Source of the DNA: an uncultured Rhodothermaceae bacterium
Lineage (GTDB): Bacteria; Bacteroidota; Rhodothermia; Rhodothermales; JAHQVL01
Length of the DNA: 64,000 nucleotides
Direction of reading: 5' to 3'
Assembly (NCBI GenBank): GCA_964525535.1
Contig: CAZGHT010000016.1
Location: 1,834-65,833 of the forward strand
This document shows positions 62,883-64,000 of the stretch, piece by piece (positions within the stretch are counted from its first letter, which is position 1; each line of letters opens with the position of its first letter). The notes beneath the pieces were generated by a model, which was not told the DNA's origin, made no database searches, and worked only from the letters and a program-made list of their open reading frames with translations. The translations under genes were made by a program, and so were the position numbers.

Positions 62883-63977
62883 ATGCGCTATATTTATTTC
62901 TTACTTCTCTTGCTGTCAGGGCCCTGGAGTATGCCACAGGCTTTTGCCCAGCAAACCGACGTTTACATGGGTAGTGCGGTGCAACCTGTTCGTTTGAGCA
63001 CAGGCATGGTATACCAGCAGTATGCCGACGAGGACCGCAGCCTTTCTCAACTCGCATTTCCTTTCCAGGCGTTCATTCCCATAGTTCGAAACCTGGGGTT
63101 CTCGGTGCGCACCCATCCGGTGCTGATCCATGCAGACAGCCTGGAGTCGGTACAGGGCCTCAGCGACGCACAGGCGGCGATCAGTTACTATCGCAATATC
63201 GGGCCGGGAAGCGTCGTGCTGAGCTTGAGCTCGAATTTGCCCAGCGGGAAACGGGAGCTTACGGAAGAGGAATTTGCTACCATGGCACTCGTGAGCCAGG
63301 ATTTTTACTCCTTTGGCGTCCCCGTACTGGGGCAGGGGCTCAACCTCACCCCGGGGCTTACGGTGGCCTATCCGATCAACGATGACGTCGTATTCGGTGT
63401 AGGCGCCTCGTATCAGCTGAAAGGCGATTTTAAGCCGGTACAGAATATGACCGAGTCCTTTACACCCGGCGATGAACTGTTGTTGACCGGGGGCGTCGAT
63501 GTGCGTGTGGCCCCTTCGTGGGCGTTATCGAGCAACGTGTCGTACATCATGTATCGAGACGACCAGCTCGGCGACGTGAGCGTATTCGAGTCGGGCGATC
63601 AGATTTTCGTCTCGCTGCAGCTGTTGGGTAATCTGGGATCGAATCAGGTCCGGGTCATGACACGCTACCGGAGCAAAGCCAAAAGCCAGTTGCCCGTCGG
63701 CGCTGGAGTAACGACCGCTCCGCGAACCATTCCCAGCCAGTTTCACCTCTCGGGCTCGTATCGTTTGCCGCTGAGCGACAACCTCCGTGCTACCCTGCTG
63801 GCCCGGTTCGGGTATTACGATGAGACCGATTTCTTCGATTCGAAAACGCGCGTCGACCTCGGGGCCTACCAGGAATACACCCTCACGGACATCGTCGGCG
63901 CAGTCGTTCGTTTTGCGTATACCTTTGGAAGTTTTCCCGGGGTAGAACTCGGAGGGGGCATCGTGGTCACGCTGTAG
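62883..63977 (+). CDS. Hypothetical outer-membrane beta-barrel-like protein
   Basis: Signal peptide MRYIYFLLLLLSGPWSMPQAFAQ. The alternating-hydrophobicity, strand-like composition suggests a beta-barrel. I recognise no family. It lies 84 bp downstream of the TPR/CsgG-like gene. Confidence 0.5.
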   Translation: MRYIYFLLLLLSGPWSMPQAFAQQTDVYMGSAVQPVRLSTGMVYQQYADEDRSLSQLAFPFQAFIPIVRNLGFSVRTHPVLIHADSLESVQGLSDAQAAISYYRNIGPGSVVLSLSSNLPSGKRELTEEEFATMALVSQDFYSFGVPVLGQGLNLTPGLTVAYPINDDVVFGVGASYQLKGDFKPVQNMTESFTPGDELLLTGGVDVRVAPSWALSSNVSYIMYRDDQLGDVSVFESGDQIFVSLQLLGNLGSNQVRVMTRYRSKAKSQLPVGAGVTTAPRTIPSQFHLSGSYRLPLSDNLRATLLARFGYYDETDFFDSKTRVDLGAYQEYTLTDIVGAVVRFAYTFGSFPGVELGGGIVVTL

Positions 63978-64000
63978 GCGGTCACGCTCTGTCGAAAGGT

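Noticed and set aside
1-64000. Search by eye for tRNA/rRNA genes, IS elements, integrases, prophage or plasmid genes and toxin-antitoxin pairs
   Set aside because: No intergenic region shows tRNA-like conserved arms such as GGTTCGAATCC, and no ORF shows transposase, integrase or phage signatures. This absence is based on visual inspection only and should be confirmed with tRNAscan-SE, Infernal and ISEScan.

Overview
GC-rich chromosomal window with about 45 supportable protein-coding genes. By eye I found no rRNA, tRNA, CRISPR array, transposase, integrase or prophage genes. The gene content suggests an FCB-group bacterium (Bacteroidota/Rhodothermota-like); this is inference. The supporting genes are a T9SS C-terminal sorting domain, two ECF-sigma/FecR/STN-TonB-dependent-receptor loci, DUF4249, DUF1800/DUF1501, DUF1080 and a PVC-type haem protein. 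Gene order, left to right: ROK fragment; cysE-cysM; blaI-blaR1-like pair; a 1277-aa PmoA-like/dehydrogenase/HEAT/cytochrome-c fusion; S41 peptidase; a poly-Asp envelope protein; an orphan propeller-type sensor kinase; a small ORF plus P4H-type oxygenase converging on a SagB-type dehydrogenase/two glycosyltransferase-like genes; sulfatase; sigma-FecR-TBDR-TBDR-DUF4249; xylA; sigma-TBDR-FecR-DUF1800-DUF1501; BNR sialidase-like, TolB-like and PhnZ-like HD proteins; Pat-type acetyltransferase plus HDAC-type deacetylase; a Tat-oxidoreductase/NIPSNAP/DUF1080/CBM9-like/LamG group; a DUF4011 SF1 helicase-REase fusion plus RmuC; a Rieske-GltS fusion; and a TPR/CsgG-like lipoprotein plus beta-barrel. 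Best candidates for something undescribed: (1) the orphan SagB/glycosyltransferase/hydroxylase/small-ORF cluster at 16.1-20.1 kb; (2) the HheA-like helicase-nuclease with eroded catalytic motifs, preceded by a 5 x 13-bp tandem repeat and followed by RmuC, at 53.4-59.4 kb; (3) the BlaR1-like sensor with 10 heptad and 5 sixteen-residue repeats; (4) the trans-envelope signalling locus wired to DUF1800/DUF1501 (Tat signal plus T9SS tail); (5) a family of short MITE-like intergenic repeats. All functional calls rest on motif recognition from memory. No searches or folding were run, and start codons are best guesses.
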